A stretch of 64,000 bases of DNA from Octopus vulgaris. Lineage: Eukaryota. Location of the stretch: assembly GCA_951406725.2 (NCBI GenBank), contig OX597817.1, positions 5,084,001-5,148,000 of the forward strand, read 5' to 3'. Below the pieces are notes generated by a model. The model did not search any database, had not been told where the DNA came from, and saw only the letters and a program-made list of their open reading frames with translations. Position numbers and translations under genes: made by a program. This document shows, piece after piece, positions 13,600-27,000 of this stretch (position 1 is its first letter; each line of letters begins with the position of its first letter).

Positions 13600-14192
13600 T
13601 ATATAATGTCTATATGATGTCTTTATGTGTGTGTGTGTGTGTGTGTGTGAGTGTGTTTATTTGATAAGAGAAAGCATGTATTGCTTAGTCAAAACTTCAT
13701 CAGGAGAGAGAGAAAGAGCGAGAGAGAGGTAGAGAAAGAGTGTGTGTGTGTGTGTGTGACACAGATGATGGAAAAAAGGTTAGTCATTCCCCTAAAATTC
13801 TGTATAAATACTTAAATGGGATTTCTGAAGAAGTTTTGACTTCTCCTATCAAATACTGTTTACAAATTCTTTCTGTAAATAGGCATCTATACAATCGTGA
13901 TTTTTGATGAACTTATAGATAATTATGAATTTATTTTACTACCTATTTTGAACAATTTTATGTAAACCATTTAATAAAAAGCCCCTCTTAGCATTTTTCT
14001 AATCATTGTCAAAGTCTGTATCGCTGTATTTTAATACATCTATGATAACCATTTTTTAACACCAAAGTGACACAAAGCCTTATATTTTACATTTGAAAAT
14101 GTTTTTTTTTAATAGTGAAACCGGTCAAGTCAATAAATATCTTTAAAAGACCTCTGCATTTTCAAATCTCACCTTTCGTATATACTTCTTTC

Positions 14193-14245
<53 letters not shown>

Positions 14246-14373
14246 TGCCAAAATTTAGTGCCAAAAGCACTTGCTTCTCTTCAGCCTAGTCTACTTATAA
14301 TAAACCTATATACCACTTCAGCCACTACGTATGTTCGTTTCAGTGCTCAATCCGCAACACACACACACACGTG

Positions 14374-14465
<92 letters not shown>

Positions 14466-14535
14466 TATATGTGTGTGTGTGTGTGTGTTTGTTATTATTA
14501 TCATCATCATCATCATCAATATCTCTAATACTCTT

Positions 14536-14826
14536 TAAAGTAAAGGCTATTTTTTGATCTGTGGCTGTGTCACTTTGAAAACTATATGTTCGAAAGGTGA
14601 ATTCAGCAACGCCATCTGACCAAAACAGCTACTCTGTGATGATAAAGGGCAATAACCCAGAAACTAGTCCACACATGTTGTTTTGTGCTAGATGGATTGC
14701 TGAGCTCCCTGTTCGAAAATATAAGAGCGCAGATAGTGTGTCCTTTCGCCAGCTAAATACGATGTCTTTTGGTACTAAAACAACAGTAACATCGTAGCTT
14801 TATGCTGGTAAATAGCCTTTACTTTA
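14536..14826. mobile_element. MITE-like foldback element with perfect 17-bp terminal inverted repeats
   Basis: TAAAGTAAAGGCTATTT (14536-14552) and AAATAGCCTTTACTTTA (14810-14826), plus imperfect internal inverted arms at about 14589-14717. Confidence 0.65.
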
Positions 14827-15250
14827 TATACACATACACACACTGACACACACACATATACATAAGTATATAATAAACATTAATACCCATGAGAGATAAT
14901 AATGTAAGAGGCCCCAACTTAAAACCGTATAAGCGAAACTGATTGATTTTGAGTCGAACCAGGGACAGCTGATGAAGGGGAATTTTCCTTGTATTGTTTG
15001 TCCTGTACTCTGTTTTTTCGTTGTTTAAAAAAGTCCGTTTCCTTGTTTGATTTTATGTTCTTGTCTCTCGTTGTGTTCTACGTTTATTTGTGGTGTCCTG
15101 TACTATATATATATATATGTATGCATGTATATATACATGTAGATGTAAGTATGTACATATATGTATGTATATATGCATATATTTTATTTATTTATTATAT
15201 TACTATATGACCGAACGCAAGCGTTATTTCTCTATTTCTCTTTTCTAAGT

Positions 15251-15309
<59 letters not shown>

Positions 15310-15350
15310 AATTATATATAACAAGGGCAATATGAAGTACTAGCTTTGCT

Positions 15351-15579
15351 CGGCGAGCTGGCAGAACGGTTAGCACGCCGGGCGAAATGCGTAGCCGTAT
15401 TTCGTCTGTCGTTACGTCCTGAGTTCAAATTCCGCCGAGGTCAACTTTACCTTTCATCCTTTCGGGGTCGATAAATAAAGTACCAGTTTCGCACTGGGGT
15501 CGATGTAATCGACTTAATCCGTTAGTCTGTCCTTGTTTGTTCCCTCTATGTTTAGCCCCTTGTGGGCAGTAAAGAAATA
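15351..15579 (+). mobile_element. SINE family B monomer
   Basis: CGGCGAGCTGGCAGAA.CGTTAGCACGCCGGGCGAAATGC...GAGTTCAAATTCC (B box)...CCCCTTGTGGGCAGTAAAGAAATA. Confidence 0.9.
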
Positions 15580-16269
15580 TATATATATAGGAGTCAAAAG
15601 TATATATATTATAAACAAATTCACTTTCCATATTTTATGTTTAAAAATGTTTGCTCTCATTGAATTATCTTCATTTTATCCATATGATATGAGCATTTGC
15701 TCGTATGTGCACGCGCAAGAGTTTTTCCGACTGCCAAATTCATTCACAAGAAATTGATCAGCCTGAAGCTATTCTGGGAGATACTGAAACAAATTGTCAC
15801 ACAGCATGACTGAACCTCATTCACAGGATCACTAAACAAGTTGCTTAACGAGACGGGCATGATATATACGTGTAACATGTATGCATGTATGCAAGTGTGT
15901 GGGCGGGGTATGTGGGCGGGGTATGTGTGTGTGTATCTAGCCCTTTCGCTTTCATAATTTATCTCAAACGCATTCACTGTCGTTTCATGAATATCATTTT
16001 GTTTATTCTTCTCCATTTCCCTTTTAAGCAATATTATCAGTTCTCGTTCACTTTTCCACTCTTCCTACAAACATCCCTGCTTTAGTTGTAAATTTTTCCT
16101 TGTCTGTTTTGTCTATCTTTATTTTCGCAAAATTGCAAAATTTTATCTTTCCACAGCTTTCTTCTTAAACTTGTTAACCATCATCGTCATCATTATATTC
16201 ATCATCATCATCATCATCATCAGTAATAGTAGTAGTACTAGTTTATCATTATCATTATTATTATGCTAA

Positions 16270-17510
16270 TATATATTAATTTAATTAGCAGGTACCTTAA
16301 CTTGAGGTTTGGTGATAACTAGTCTTCTCAGATCCCAAGAGTCTTCCTTAAGGATTCTTGCACATATCTAAGCCGCTGTGGCTAATAAAAGATATTATTG
16401 TTATTATTATTATTAGTATTCTTAGTAGTAGTAGTAGTAGATTTCCTATTTCCTTCGATTTTGTTTCCATCCCTTACCGAATATCTTCCCGAAACCAAGG
16501 ATAAAGAAACTGATTGTATGCATTGATTGGTCAGTAAAATAAACCCACCAGATATTTTATTTGCAAAATAAAATACAGTTATGTAGGAAAAAATTATTTA
16601 GATAGAAGGTTATCGTTCTCACAGAAAGAACGCTCTTCTGAATGCATACAACATATCAGCCGAAACAAGGTTTTGCACTTCTTGCAGGAATGGTAAGCTC
16701 AGAATGATTCTCAAATAATTTTCACTTCTTTTCTTTTTTATCGTATCGAGCGTTCCTACAATCTCAGATATTGTAACTACCCCTTGAGACTTTTTTTCGA
16801 TTTAATGAGCAAATCTTTATTTTTCTAATACTGTTTAATTCTTTTGCTGAAATATTATGGTGACAAGGGGCAGCTATGTCAATCAATAAACAGATTTTAT
16901 CATCTTGGCCTTTTTCGACACTATCCAGTTTATTATTAGCTTTAATGGTATTCTATGTACAGGAAGGATCAAAAGAATCGTTACATTTTCTCCCCCAGTT
17001 ACGGCTTCAGGGTGATAATTATACCACTTGTCAACAGTTCTGTATTTATAATGCCGACATATTAACTAATGTATATACTGACCAACTGTGACATATCTTG
17101 ATTTATACTCTACTGGTACTAAAAGTTTAGATTCAGAGACGAAGTAGTGCAATATTTGAAGTTCATCATTGCAGAATCGACACTTTGGATTTGTTCCATT
17201 CTTTATCACATTAGCCTGTTTTTTCTGGGTCAATAGGCTTTGATCTTGAGCAAAATAGTGAAGTCTTATCTCCCTCACTTTAATCATGAGCTTCGAAGTC
17301 GCTGATAAGTGTGCTTCTGGTCAATATCAGCTTCATTGTTACAGCGACATATTTGCTATGCAGAGCTTTAGACAACCACCAACCAGCCAATTGTTCATGC
17401 GCTTTTACTTTGCGTTAAATATTACATTCTCTACAACATTAGTTGCCACACTTCTTTCAGGCAGTTCATTCAAGAAATCAATAGCAGATTTTTGCTCTTC
17501 CTCATAATAG
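16270..17510 (-). mobile_element. Decayed R4/Dong-type LINE 3' region (zinc knuckle and restriction-like endonuclease) plus a second 3'-end scrap
   Basis: Minus strand reads FAQDQSLLTQKKQANVIKNGTNPKCRFCNDELQILHYFVSESKLLVPVEYKSRY..VGQYIH*LICRHY, then IKANNKLD, CLLIDIAAP and TISEIVGTL, matching R4/Dong AQDQ...CR.C...H...C and PD..D motifs with many lesions. Confidence 0.8.
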
Positions 17511-18374
17511 AATGTTCTTCCTTACACGTCGTATGATTTTAACGAGTTTTAGCAATCAGTCGTTAGTTCTTTCAAAATATTTTTGTGAGGAGCGTCGATA
17601 AGTTGGAACTGGCATAGCTAAAATATAGAAAGTGTTAACCAACGCCTCAAAATTTTATCGATAAAAAATCATATCGGAGTTAAGATATATAAATCTATAA
17701 GCATCTCAAAGTTTTACCAAACATAGAAAGTAATAGAAATGGCTTACACATTTTAGGGAAGAATTGTTAAATGGCCATCCTATCGTGTGGCTGCTTACAA
17801 CAGGACTGTGTCATCAATATCATCATCATTATTATTATCAACAAACCTAATGCGTTTCCCAGTCTCTGTATCCTGGATAAGTAGTACTTTGTTTTATTGA
17901 AACGAGGTATTCAAGAAATATTCAAGAAAAATCACGTAAATGTACTTGAAATAAAAGAAGAAATACATATCAGATTTTAAGTCATTCTATCTATATAGAG
18001 CAAACCACAGACAGGAAATCTTGAAAATCAAGCAATTCTATATATGCAATAATTTCAGTAAACTTAATATTTTCATAACTGGGATGGATGCCTCTGAGAT
18101 CTTGTAGCCATTCCTCATTCATGATAAACTATTCGTTAATTAAATTAATTTCAAAATGGCTGTAAGAAAATATTAATTGAAATATTTTTGGAAATGATTG
18201 AATGGAAGAAACTGAAAAGAACGGTGCCTCTGAGTCGTCAACGATTTCTTATGCATTAATGTGAGAGATTGAGGTAAAAGTAGGAATAGGCAGGTAGGTA
18301 GATATGTAGGTAGGTAGCTAGGTTGCTAGGCATCTAGGTTGATAAGAAGATATGTATGTATGTAAGTAAGTGGG

Positions 18375-18448
18375 TAGGTAGGTAGGTAGGTAGGTAGGTA
18401 GGTAGGTAGGTAGGTAGGTAGGTAGGTAGGTAGGTAGGTAGGTAGGTA
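18375..18448 (+). repeat. (GGTA)n microsatellite
   Basis: Directly visible. Confidence 0.95.
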
Positions 18449-18651
18449 GAGAGATAGATTGATAGATAGATTTAGCTGCATACATATATGCATGCATACA
18501 TACATATATAAATAAATAAATAGCATTTCTTATTGTACAAAAAGAAAGTTATTAAAAGTTAATAGAGAAAAGCGAACATTTAATCATATGCCTTCTGCAA
18601 AGAAATTTAAAGAATGGAAATATCGTGTTCAGAATTATATGTGTGTGTGCC

Positions 18652-19546
18652 TACATGCATACATACATACATACATACATACATACATACATACATACAT
18701 ACATACATACATACATACATACATACATACATACATACATGCATACATACATACATACATACATACATACATACATACATACATACATACATGCATGCAT
18801 GCATACATACATACATACATACATACATACATACGTACGTACATACATACATACATACATACACACATACATACATACATACATACATACGTACGTACGT
18901 ACATACATACATACATACATACAAACATACATACATACATACATACATACATGCATACATACATACATACATACATACATACATACATGCATGCATACAT
19001 ACATACATACATACATACATACATACATACATACGTACGTACATACATACATACATACATACACACATACATACATACATACATACATACATACGTACGT
19101 ACATACATACATACATACATACATACAATCATACATACATACATACATGCATACATACATACATACATACATACATACATACATACATACATACATACAA
19201 TCATACATACATACATATATGCATACATACATACATACATGCATGCATACATACATACATACATACATACATACATACATACATACAATCATACATACAT
19301 GCATGCATACATACATACATACAATCATACATACATGCATGCATACATACATACATACATACATACATACATACATACATACATACATACACACATACAT
19401 ACATACATACATACATTCATACATACATACATACATACATACATACATACACACATACATACATACATACATACATACATACATACATACATACATACAT
19501 ACATACATACATACATACATACATACATACATACATACATGCATAC
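18652..19546 (+). repeat. About 900-bp (CATA)n microsatellite
   Basis: Directly visible; source of all YIHT/MYVC ORFs. Confidence 0.97.
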
Positions 19547-19565
19547 GTTCATCCATTTTGTTATC

Positions 19566-19745
19566 CTTTTATTGTTTTACTTATTTCAGTTCTTTAACTA
19601 TGACTATGTTGGAGCACCGCCTTGAAGAAACTTAGTTGAACAAATCAATCCCATGACTATTTATTCTATCGGTCCCTTTAGCTGAACCGCTAAGCTGTTA
19701 AGCGGTACTGGGGCAAGAAACACAGACACGAGGACACAAACAAAT
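19566..19745 (-). mobile_element. SINE family A, diverged 3' fragment
   Basis: Matches TTTTACTT.TTTCAGT...GGAGCACCGCC...TATTCTATCGGTC...GAACCGCTAAG. Confidence 0.7.
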
Positions 19746-19759
19746 CGATATTTATATAC

Positions 19760-19829
<70 letters not shown>

Positions 19830-19903
19830 ATATATATTCAAAATGTGACCGTTGGCAATTTTTTTCCTCCGTCTTCCCTTCCTTGGATCTTTCCTTTTCT
19901 TAT

Positions 19904-19938
19904 GTTTCTGACGAAGAGCTCCGCCCGAAACGTTAAGT
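19904..19938 (+). ncRNA. Minimal type I hammerhead ribozyme-like motif in a pyrimidine-rich repeat (19845-20035)
   Basis: GTTT-CTGACGA-A-GAGC-TCC-GCCC-GAAA-CGTT-AAGT: intact core boxes, stem II with one mismatch, palindromic AACGTT stem III, weak stem I. Confidence 0.55.
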
Positions 19939-20034
19939 CCTCCTTCTTTCTTTCCTTTCCTGAGCGTCCAATAACACTATACTTGTTCCTCGCGTTGTTG
20001 TGTTTTCTCTTTGTGTTTTCATGTTTGGATCAAC

Positions 20035-20112
<78 letters not shown>

Positions 20113-20339
20113 GTGTGTGTACATATAAACAAACTGACATGTGTTTGCTTTTTATAAGCGTTGAAATGTGGTTTGTAAGATACAAATATGATGATAATTT
20201 ATTTTCGTACGCAGAAACGCCGTGACACCAGAAGAAGCATTCGGTAAATTACAGACACATACTTACGTGCATATAAAACGGAGTGTGAGAAGAGAGAGAA
20301 GCGGATATGTATTGGTTAGGAGATCGTTGTGAAAACAGT

Positions 20340-21200
20340 AAGAAAACCCTGTCGCAGCCTCGCTGATTCTTTTGGTAAAATTACACGTTAATTTTGCACC
20401 TCAGAACCTTTGTAACAGAGACATCTCCGCTTACAGAAGCAAAGTGTAAGAAGGTGAGAAAAAATCACTTCATAGGTGAGGAAGGCTATTCTCACTTTGA
20501 AAAGTGAGACACGCATACCATTACGACAAAAGCTAAAATCAAAACAAAAGCAGTTAAACGAACGGCGAGACTAACGATAACAACAAATATTGAACCCACA
20601 TTTCATGCCTACAGAGAAGCACCTACCTAACTCACTGTACAAGGGAGTCTATTGATAAATACGGGAATCTCCAAGTCGAATTGAGAACCAACTTCAACAG
20701 CAATGAGAACCATCTTCAATAATGCCCAAGAGCATGAATATGACCGTTGAGAATCTTATTTTTAAAACAAATCAAATTAGAAACCTGAGGTCGCAATAGA
20801 AATACATGAGCGTCTACCATTGAACGAATGCTACAGCAATACCGTCCACCAAATTTGAGAAAGACGTTGAGTTTTCCAAAAGAAAGCAAAGAGGAGAAAT
20901 TGGAGGGATATTCAGACACCACTCTGAAAATCGAATAATTCGTTCTGCTATAATACTGAGATAAATATCCTCTGTCTCACCCCGTTTTCTACATCCATAG
21001 AAGCACTTAAACCAGGAAGTATAAATGTGCGTGAGGTTGGGATCAATCTGAAAGTAAGATCACATGCACAGTACGATATCACGTGATGTATATGTAATGC
21101 CACTGACCAGAATTTTAGAAGCATACAAATATTGAACCCACATTTCATGCCTACAGAGAAGCACCTACCTAACTCACTGTACAAGGGAGTCTATTGATAA
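20340..21200 (+). pseudogene. Probable decayed LINE ORF1 carrying a perfect 76-bp direct repeat
   Basis: A-rich, stop-interrupted frames end in SHAQYDIT*CICNATD (knuckle-like). 20583-20658 is identical to 21125-21200. Confidence 0.3.
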
Positions 21201-21247
21201 TTTTATAAAATACTACAACTATTAGAAAGTATACACTTTGAAGATTA

Positions 21248-21420
21248 TCAATATATAGAAAACAATGTATGTGTGTGTATGTGTGTGTACCACATATGCA
21301 TTTCTTCAGTTTTCAACGGATTTTCACCAAACTTTACATACACATTATGTGTCAAGGATAGTCATTTGACCAGCATTCCCGCGTAAAGCGAGAGACCAGG
21401 CCACGGGTTTTTCTCTAAAG
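21248..21420 (+). mobile_element. Short degenerate non-autonomous Helitron-like element
   Basis: A|TC..TATATA start, TG-rich tract, TTTCAACGGATTTTCACCAAACTT (compare TTTCAACCGATTCTGATGAAACTT in the 385-bp Helitrons), CCCG...CGGG hairpin and a CTAAAG-like end. Confidence 0.35.
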
Positions 21421-22144
21421 GCTTCTGCATTTTTCAACCAATTGTCTCCGCTTTACTTCTGCAGTTTTCAAACGATTATCTCACATTTCTCTCTGTTTAT
21501 TATTCTCTTCTCGCTCTTTTACTTATTCTCTCTTTCTCTTTCTTACACATATACTCTCTCACCCTGTGTACTAGTAACTCTCTTTTCGTCTATGTCTGTT
21601 TCTTTTACACTCTCACTCACATTTATTAACTTCTGTTACCAAATTGTCTTCCGTGTATTTCAGTTATGAGTGCGTAAAAATATCTGTTTTTACGGTATTT
21701 GTATGTTCACCCTGGAAAATAATTTAGCTATTTATTTTCACCGAGTGTATTTAAATTCAGTTGTGCCACATCTGCCGCAAAATCAACTTCAATCTGTCTC
21801 AATTTTGTCGTGCGTAAATATCTTTCTCTTTAGGGTAATTGTACGTTCTCCTTACAACATTACTTAACTTATTTTATTTTATTTTTTTACAATCCGTCTA
21901 TGTAATTACACTATTTACATTTCTCCCTCTGAAGAAAAATGTTGTGCGTGCGGTCGTACATGCGTAACTATGACTGCTATGGGTTACACACAGCCGACGA
22001 ACTTTATTACTAACCAGTGAGATGTAAACCACGCCACTGAGCGGTCATGCGTTAGAAAAAGCTATTCTAAAGCAGCACAAATTTTCTCACTCAAGCTATT
22101 TTCTTCTAGAGAGTTTCTAAGATCTGCCTACACATTGCCAACCT

Positions 22145-22215
<71 letters not shown>

Positions 22216-22346
22216 GTACATATACATATATATGTGTGTATATTTATACATATATATATATATATATAGGTACATAAATATATGTATATATGTATGTGTA
22301 TATATCTGTATTTATACGTACATAAATATATATATATATATGTATA

Positions 22347-22380
<34 letters not shown>

Positions 22381-22523
22381 TATATGTATACATATATATG
22401 TATATATGCATATATGTATATATATATATGCATATATATATATATATATATGCATATGTATATATATGTATACATGTAATTTTATATAATTTTATATAAA
22501 ATAATTTTATGTATACATGTATA

Positions 22524-22564
<41 letters not shown>

Positions 22565-22779
22565 CTATATATATGTACAAAATATGAGACTTTAGCTCAC
22601 AGGTCATCTAACCGATCATGTGTATTAAGTAAGTGTTGTAACGGAATACTAGGGCTCCAAAGTTGTACCTCAGGCGTTTGTAATGGAACCATTGCAGATT
22701 TCCGATATAGCGGATAAGTAATTGTTTAAGAGAACAACAAACGTTAAGGCAAGGCAAACATCTTAAGTCATATACATTA

Positions 22780-23400
22780 TTATTGTTGGAAAATCTTCAA
22801 AATCTTACAGCTGTTTCTGGAATATTCCATAGTATAGGATGGATATTCCGTCATCACAGACAAATAGGGAAAATGAGGAAGGCATAAATTAATGAAATGA
22901 TGACATAGATGACAGAGGTAAAGGAATAAGTTGAGGAAAAGAGAGAAGAATAAAAGAAGCATAAAAGTTCACAGTTCAACTTTCCGTTGTTGTAGGACCT
23001 TAGGTGTAATCCACCGTTCATCCATGTGTGTTAAAGTCCTGATATTGTAAACATCCAGAGAAAAAAGACGTGAGCATATCAACGTTCAATAACAGAATGG
23101 TGGTGGAGATGGCTATTAAGTGGTAAAAGGAAAGAAAAGTAAGTAGATAGAAAGGGAGGTAATAGAGTGGGGTGAAGTTAAGGATTGCCTTTAGGATAAA
23201 GTAAGGTATATAAACATACTGTGTCTAAGAATATAGTGTATATCCGAGAAGATGAGAGAGGGGATGTGGAGGTAGAGGAAGATAACGTAAAAAAATAGAG
23301 CAAAAGGGAGAGAAGGAAAGGAATTTAAATAGAGTAGCAGGTGCCTGTGGTATTCGTCTAGTCTATAGGGGTTGTATTCACTCAGATGTAGCTCCATGTT
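22780..23400 (-). mobile_element. Penelope-like element 3' end or pseudo-LTR remnant
   Basis: Pyrimidine-rich minus strand ending in a hammerhead motif (22803-22860). Upstream LHLSEYNPYRLD weakly resembles the GIY-YIG terminal L.T..P.GLN motif. Confidence 0.5.
22803..22860 (-). ncRNA. Minimal type I hammerhead motif with one core substitution (C3G)
   Basis: Minus strand: TCT-GTGATGA-c-GGAATATCCAT-cctatact-ATGGaATATTCC-a-GAAA-CAGCTG-TA-AGA. Confidence 0.65.
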
Positions 23401-23616
23401 TTAGACCGAATGTGCTATGAAGATGAATATTATTTTTCGGAATTTTTTTCATAAGCACCGATTAACATTGGAAGCGGAAACGGCCGTAAGAAATGTTATG
23501 TCATGTTTTTGCATTAAAAAATAATCAACTGATGTAGGTCAACGTTTTTTTTTGTTGATCAAATGTTTTCTCCATTTTCTGATTTTTTAAAATATATATA
23601 TATATATATATACATG

Positions 23617-23648
<32 letters not shown>

Positions 23649-23740
23649 TGTATGTATGTATGTATGTATGTATGTATGTATGTATGTATGTATGTATATA
23701 TGTATGTATGTATGTATCTATCTATATATATATATATATA

Positions 23741-24042
23741 TACTATAGCCTCGGGCCCAAAAAGTACTTGTTAGTGGATTTAGTAGAGGGAAACTGAAAG
23801 AAGCCCGTTGTATATATGTGTATGTTTGTATGTGCGCATGTGTGTATATGTGTGTGCTTGTTTCCCCACCATCTCTTAGGAACCGATGTTGGTGTGTTTA
23901 CGTCCGGTAACTTAGTGGTACAGCAAAAGCGACCGATAAACTATGTACTAGGCTTACGAAGAATAAGTCCTGAGATCGATTTGTTCGACTAAAGGTAGTG
24001 CTTCAGCATGGCCACAGTGAAATGACTGAAATAAGTAAAAGA
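23741..24042 (+). mobile_element. SINE family A, 5'-truncated diverged copy
   Basis: Matches the family body and tail. Confidence 0.8.
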
Positions 24043-27000
24043 AATTTTAAAAACTATGCCATTTTAATCCCGAGCAACGCCTTCTTTGTTTGCTTGTAAA
24101 TCTATAAAAATATGCACAAAATTCATTCAGGTTAATCGCGCAACATATTGGGTGATATATACCAGCTTTGTTGTGCGAAAGCACTCTGTTAATTGTCTCT
24201 CTTATCAACTTCCTACGCACTCCAATACTCATGAGATGTTAAGGTCTAGTGTGGAAAGGAAGCGCAACCCATTCCTCTGAAGACCCGGATATATTTCCAG
24301 CCGTAGCCTATCAGTTCAGTACATACCGTGTTTTTGAAAGATACACAAGTAGTATATTCTGAATTGCTTCTGAATTAAATAAGGGATTTCAACTTGTCTT
24401 GCACCAAAGAAGTCGGATTCTGTGTCTCAGAAGATATCTACAAAGTATTTGCTTTTGTAACAGGTTGTGAGAAAACGAAATTATCATGAAGATTTTTCAC
24501 TTCATATATGTGTGCGTGTATGTGTGTACATGCTTGTGTGATGTGTACGTTTTGGGGACGCGATTGTGCGTGCTTGCCTAGTTAACCACATTTTAACTCA
24601 TGTTATCGTTTCACACAGATATCCCAGTTGATGTCATCGATCCTCAGTGGATAGAAAGCATAATTCTGTAAAACTTTGTTATTCAACATTAATCCATAAA
24701 AACCAGTTCCGTTTGGCTTGGCTCACAGGAGAATTTAGTAAGAGAACATCTTTGAAAAATCTTTCAAGCATGAAATGGAACAAACATAAGCTGTTTCTAC
24801 ATTTCTATGGGTAATACGCTTATGTCAATGCGTATATATTGCTGTGGATATAATGTTATTTTACATATAAAAAGTATGTTTAATATTTTACTGAAATGAC
24901 TTGTGCAAACTGGAGTCTTCGTATTGTTAATACCTATGGTTAATACCTATAGTTGCGCAGAAAATGCTGCTTCCATCACTGTTTTAAACATCGATTTCAT
25001 ATATAAGCATGACAGCATATATTTATAGGTATATAGGTAATAACATGTTTTAACTCTGTCTTTAGATATTAATGACGTAAGTATAAAGGAACAGCGAATG
25101 AGGGAATGATAAGCGGTTTGTTGTTTGGACTCCTGCTCTTATTTCCTTCCGTACCCCCCCCACACACACACACACGCTCTACGAGCTTGAAATAATCAAA
25201 AATGCCACTTAAACAGAAATTACGTTACGCAATTTCTGAAGAAAAACAATGTAAGGTTTTGAGAATTCTTGCCCCAATACTGAAAACAAAAATAATCTAG
25301 CAAATATCATAAAAATATAGCAAAATCAATTATCTATTTTAGAAGTATAAAAATTTAATGTACGTTATGTATCAACATCTACAACAGCATGTCAACAGCA
25401 AGTAAAAGTAATTTTTATAGATTTGAAAATTAGAAAATGTGTCGTAAAAAGTGATTTAACTCAAGACGACAGGTTAAAAATAAGATAAATGAGTAAATAA
25501 TGCTATAAATTTTTTTTGATTAAGTCATCTCTCAAGTATGCCGCAGAAAACGTCAAATTTTAGGGAATAAATAGATTTTACCACTCTAATAATGATAGTC
25601 GAACAGGTGAAGACAGTTATATGTAAAATTAACACAGACGAAAAGACAAATACTTGGATAAATAAATGTATAAATAACTAATTGGAGATATGTATGTTAA
25701 ATATTGGCCAGTATATGAAAATTTCCAAAATGGGAATATATTTCTATTCATGATTACTAAAAAGTATACTAGAAACCGTAGAGAAATTAATATAAAGGAC
25801 CGTTATAAAGAAGGACATAACAATTCTGAACTGAAGCCTTGAGAATTGCCAGATGTCAACAATGAAAAAGAATGCAGACTAACAGCGTTGGGACAGACAT
25901 AAAGATATTTATCGATATGGAATCAAAGGAAATATAATGTATAATACACTCCCAATAGTAAGTTGCATCGGAAATATTTGAAGTTTTATATATGTAAACA
26001 TAAAGAAAGATATAACAGTATGCATTATATAATACATAACACAAATGAAGTCTATACATGTATGAAATATAATTTATACTGTTCTGCTCGTGGAAACGTA
26101 TTATATTGTAGTCAGGATAAAACTTATCAGTAAGTATTTGGGAATTTACTCCAGAATTAAAAGTTAAATCGTTATACAGTAACTACTGTGCTTCGAAATA
26201 ATTTTCACCTACGCTAGCTTTTGCTGTTAAGTCCAATCGTATAACATAAACAAATATTTCATCAAACAATTAGGCATAAACTTTGTATAGAAAATGAGAG
26301 TCAAATACATAATATTCAAAAAGATCATGATGTTGGTGTGAAGTATATTCATAAACTGAGACTCCCGCAAGTAAATCAGATAAGAGTAAATACATATTAT
26401 CTGAACGCAGATAATCAAAAATATAGTATGACAACTTAGTTAATATGAATAGCGATTCTATAAACTAACGGCGATAAAAGATATATGCAATTTCATCTGC
26501 TTTGTTTAAATATCAAACCCCTCCACCCGAACATATCGGACTATTTTAAACAATTTGTCCTATATATCGCGGATGGAAAGGAGTGAGTTGAGGTACATGT
26601 TGCTGCTGTTCAATCAGGTCCGCCACCACGTGAATAATCACTTCTTGGCTCGCTGTTATTTAAGTTTTATCGTAATATATGATGCAATTACAAACATGTT
26701 AATATTCTTGATCATAATGGAAACCACTTAGCTTCCTAATAGTAGTCCTAATTCATTAATAGCTTCATAAAAATGAAAATCTTAGGCCACTTATAATTTT
26801 TAACTAAAGTTCAGAAAATAAGTTCGCCGGACACATTTAGAAAGCATGGGCAATTGCACCAGTAAAGCCATTCTTCCGAAACGTATTTAGAAGAGGATAT
26901 ACAACTTTGTACACAACAAATACGAAAGAAGCAAATCAGAATGAGAGAGCCCACTACCGGATGTATAGAACGCAATTATGTAATACAATCATCTATTAGA

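Noticed and set aside
14930-14995. GAAAC...CTGATGA in type II hammerhead order
   Set aside because: No consistent stem I or II could be built, although the surrounding sequence may be a Penelope-like repeat.
18588-19635. Long ORFs of 170-345 aa (YIHT/MYVC repeats)
   Set aside because: These are translations of a (CATA)n microsatellite that is open in most frames on both strands.
24050-24480. Possible Penelope endonuclease remnant (RKLIRETI)
   Set aside because: The similarity is too short and degenerate to support a call.
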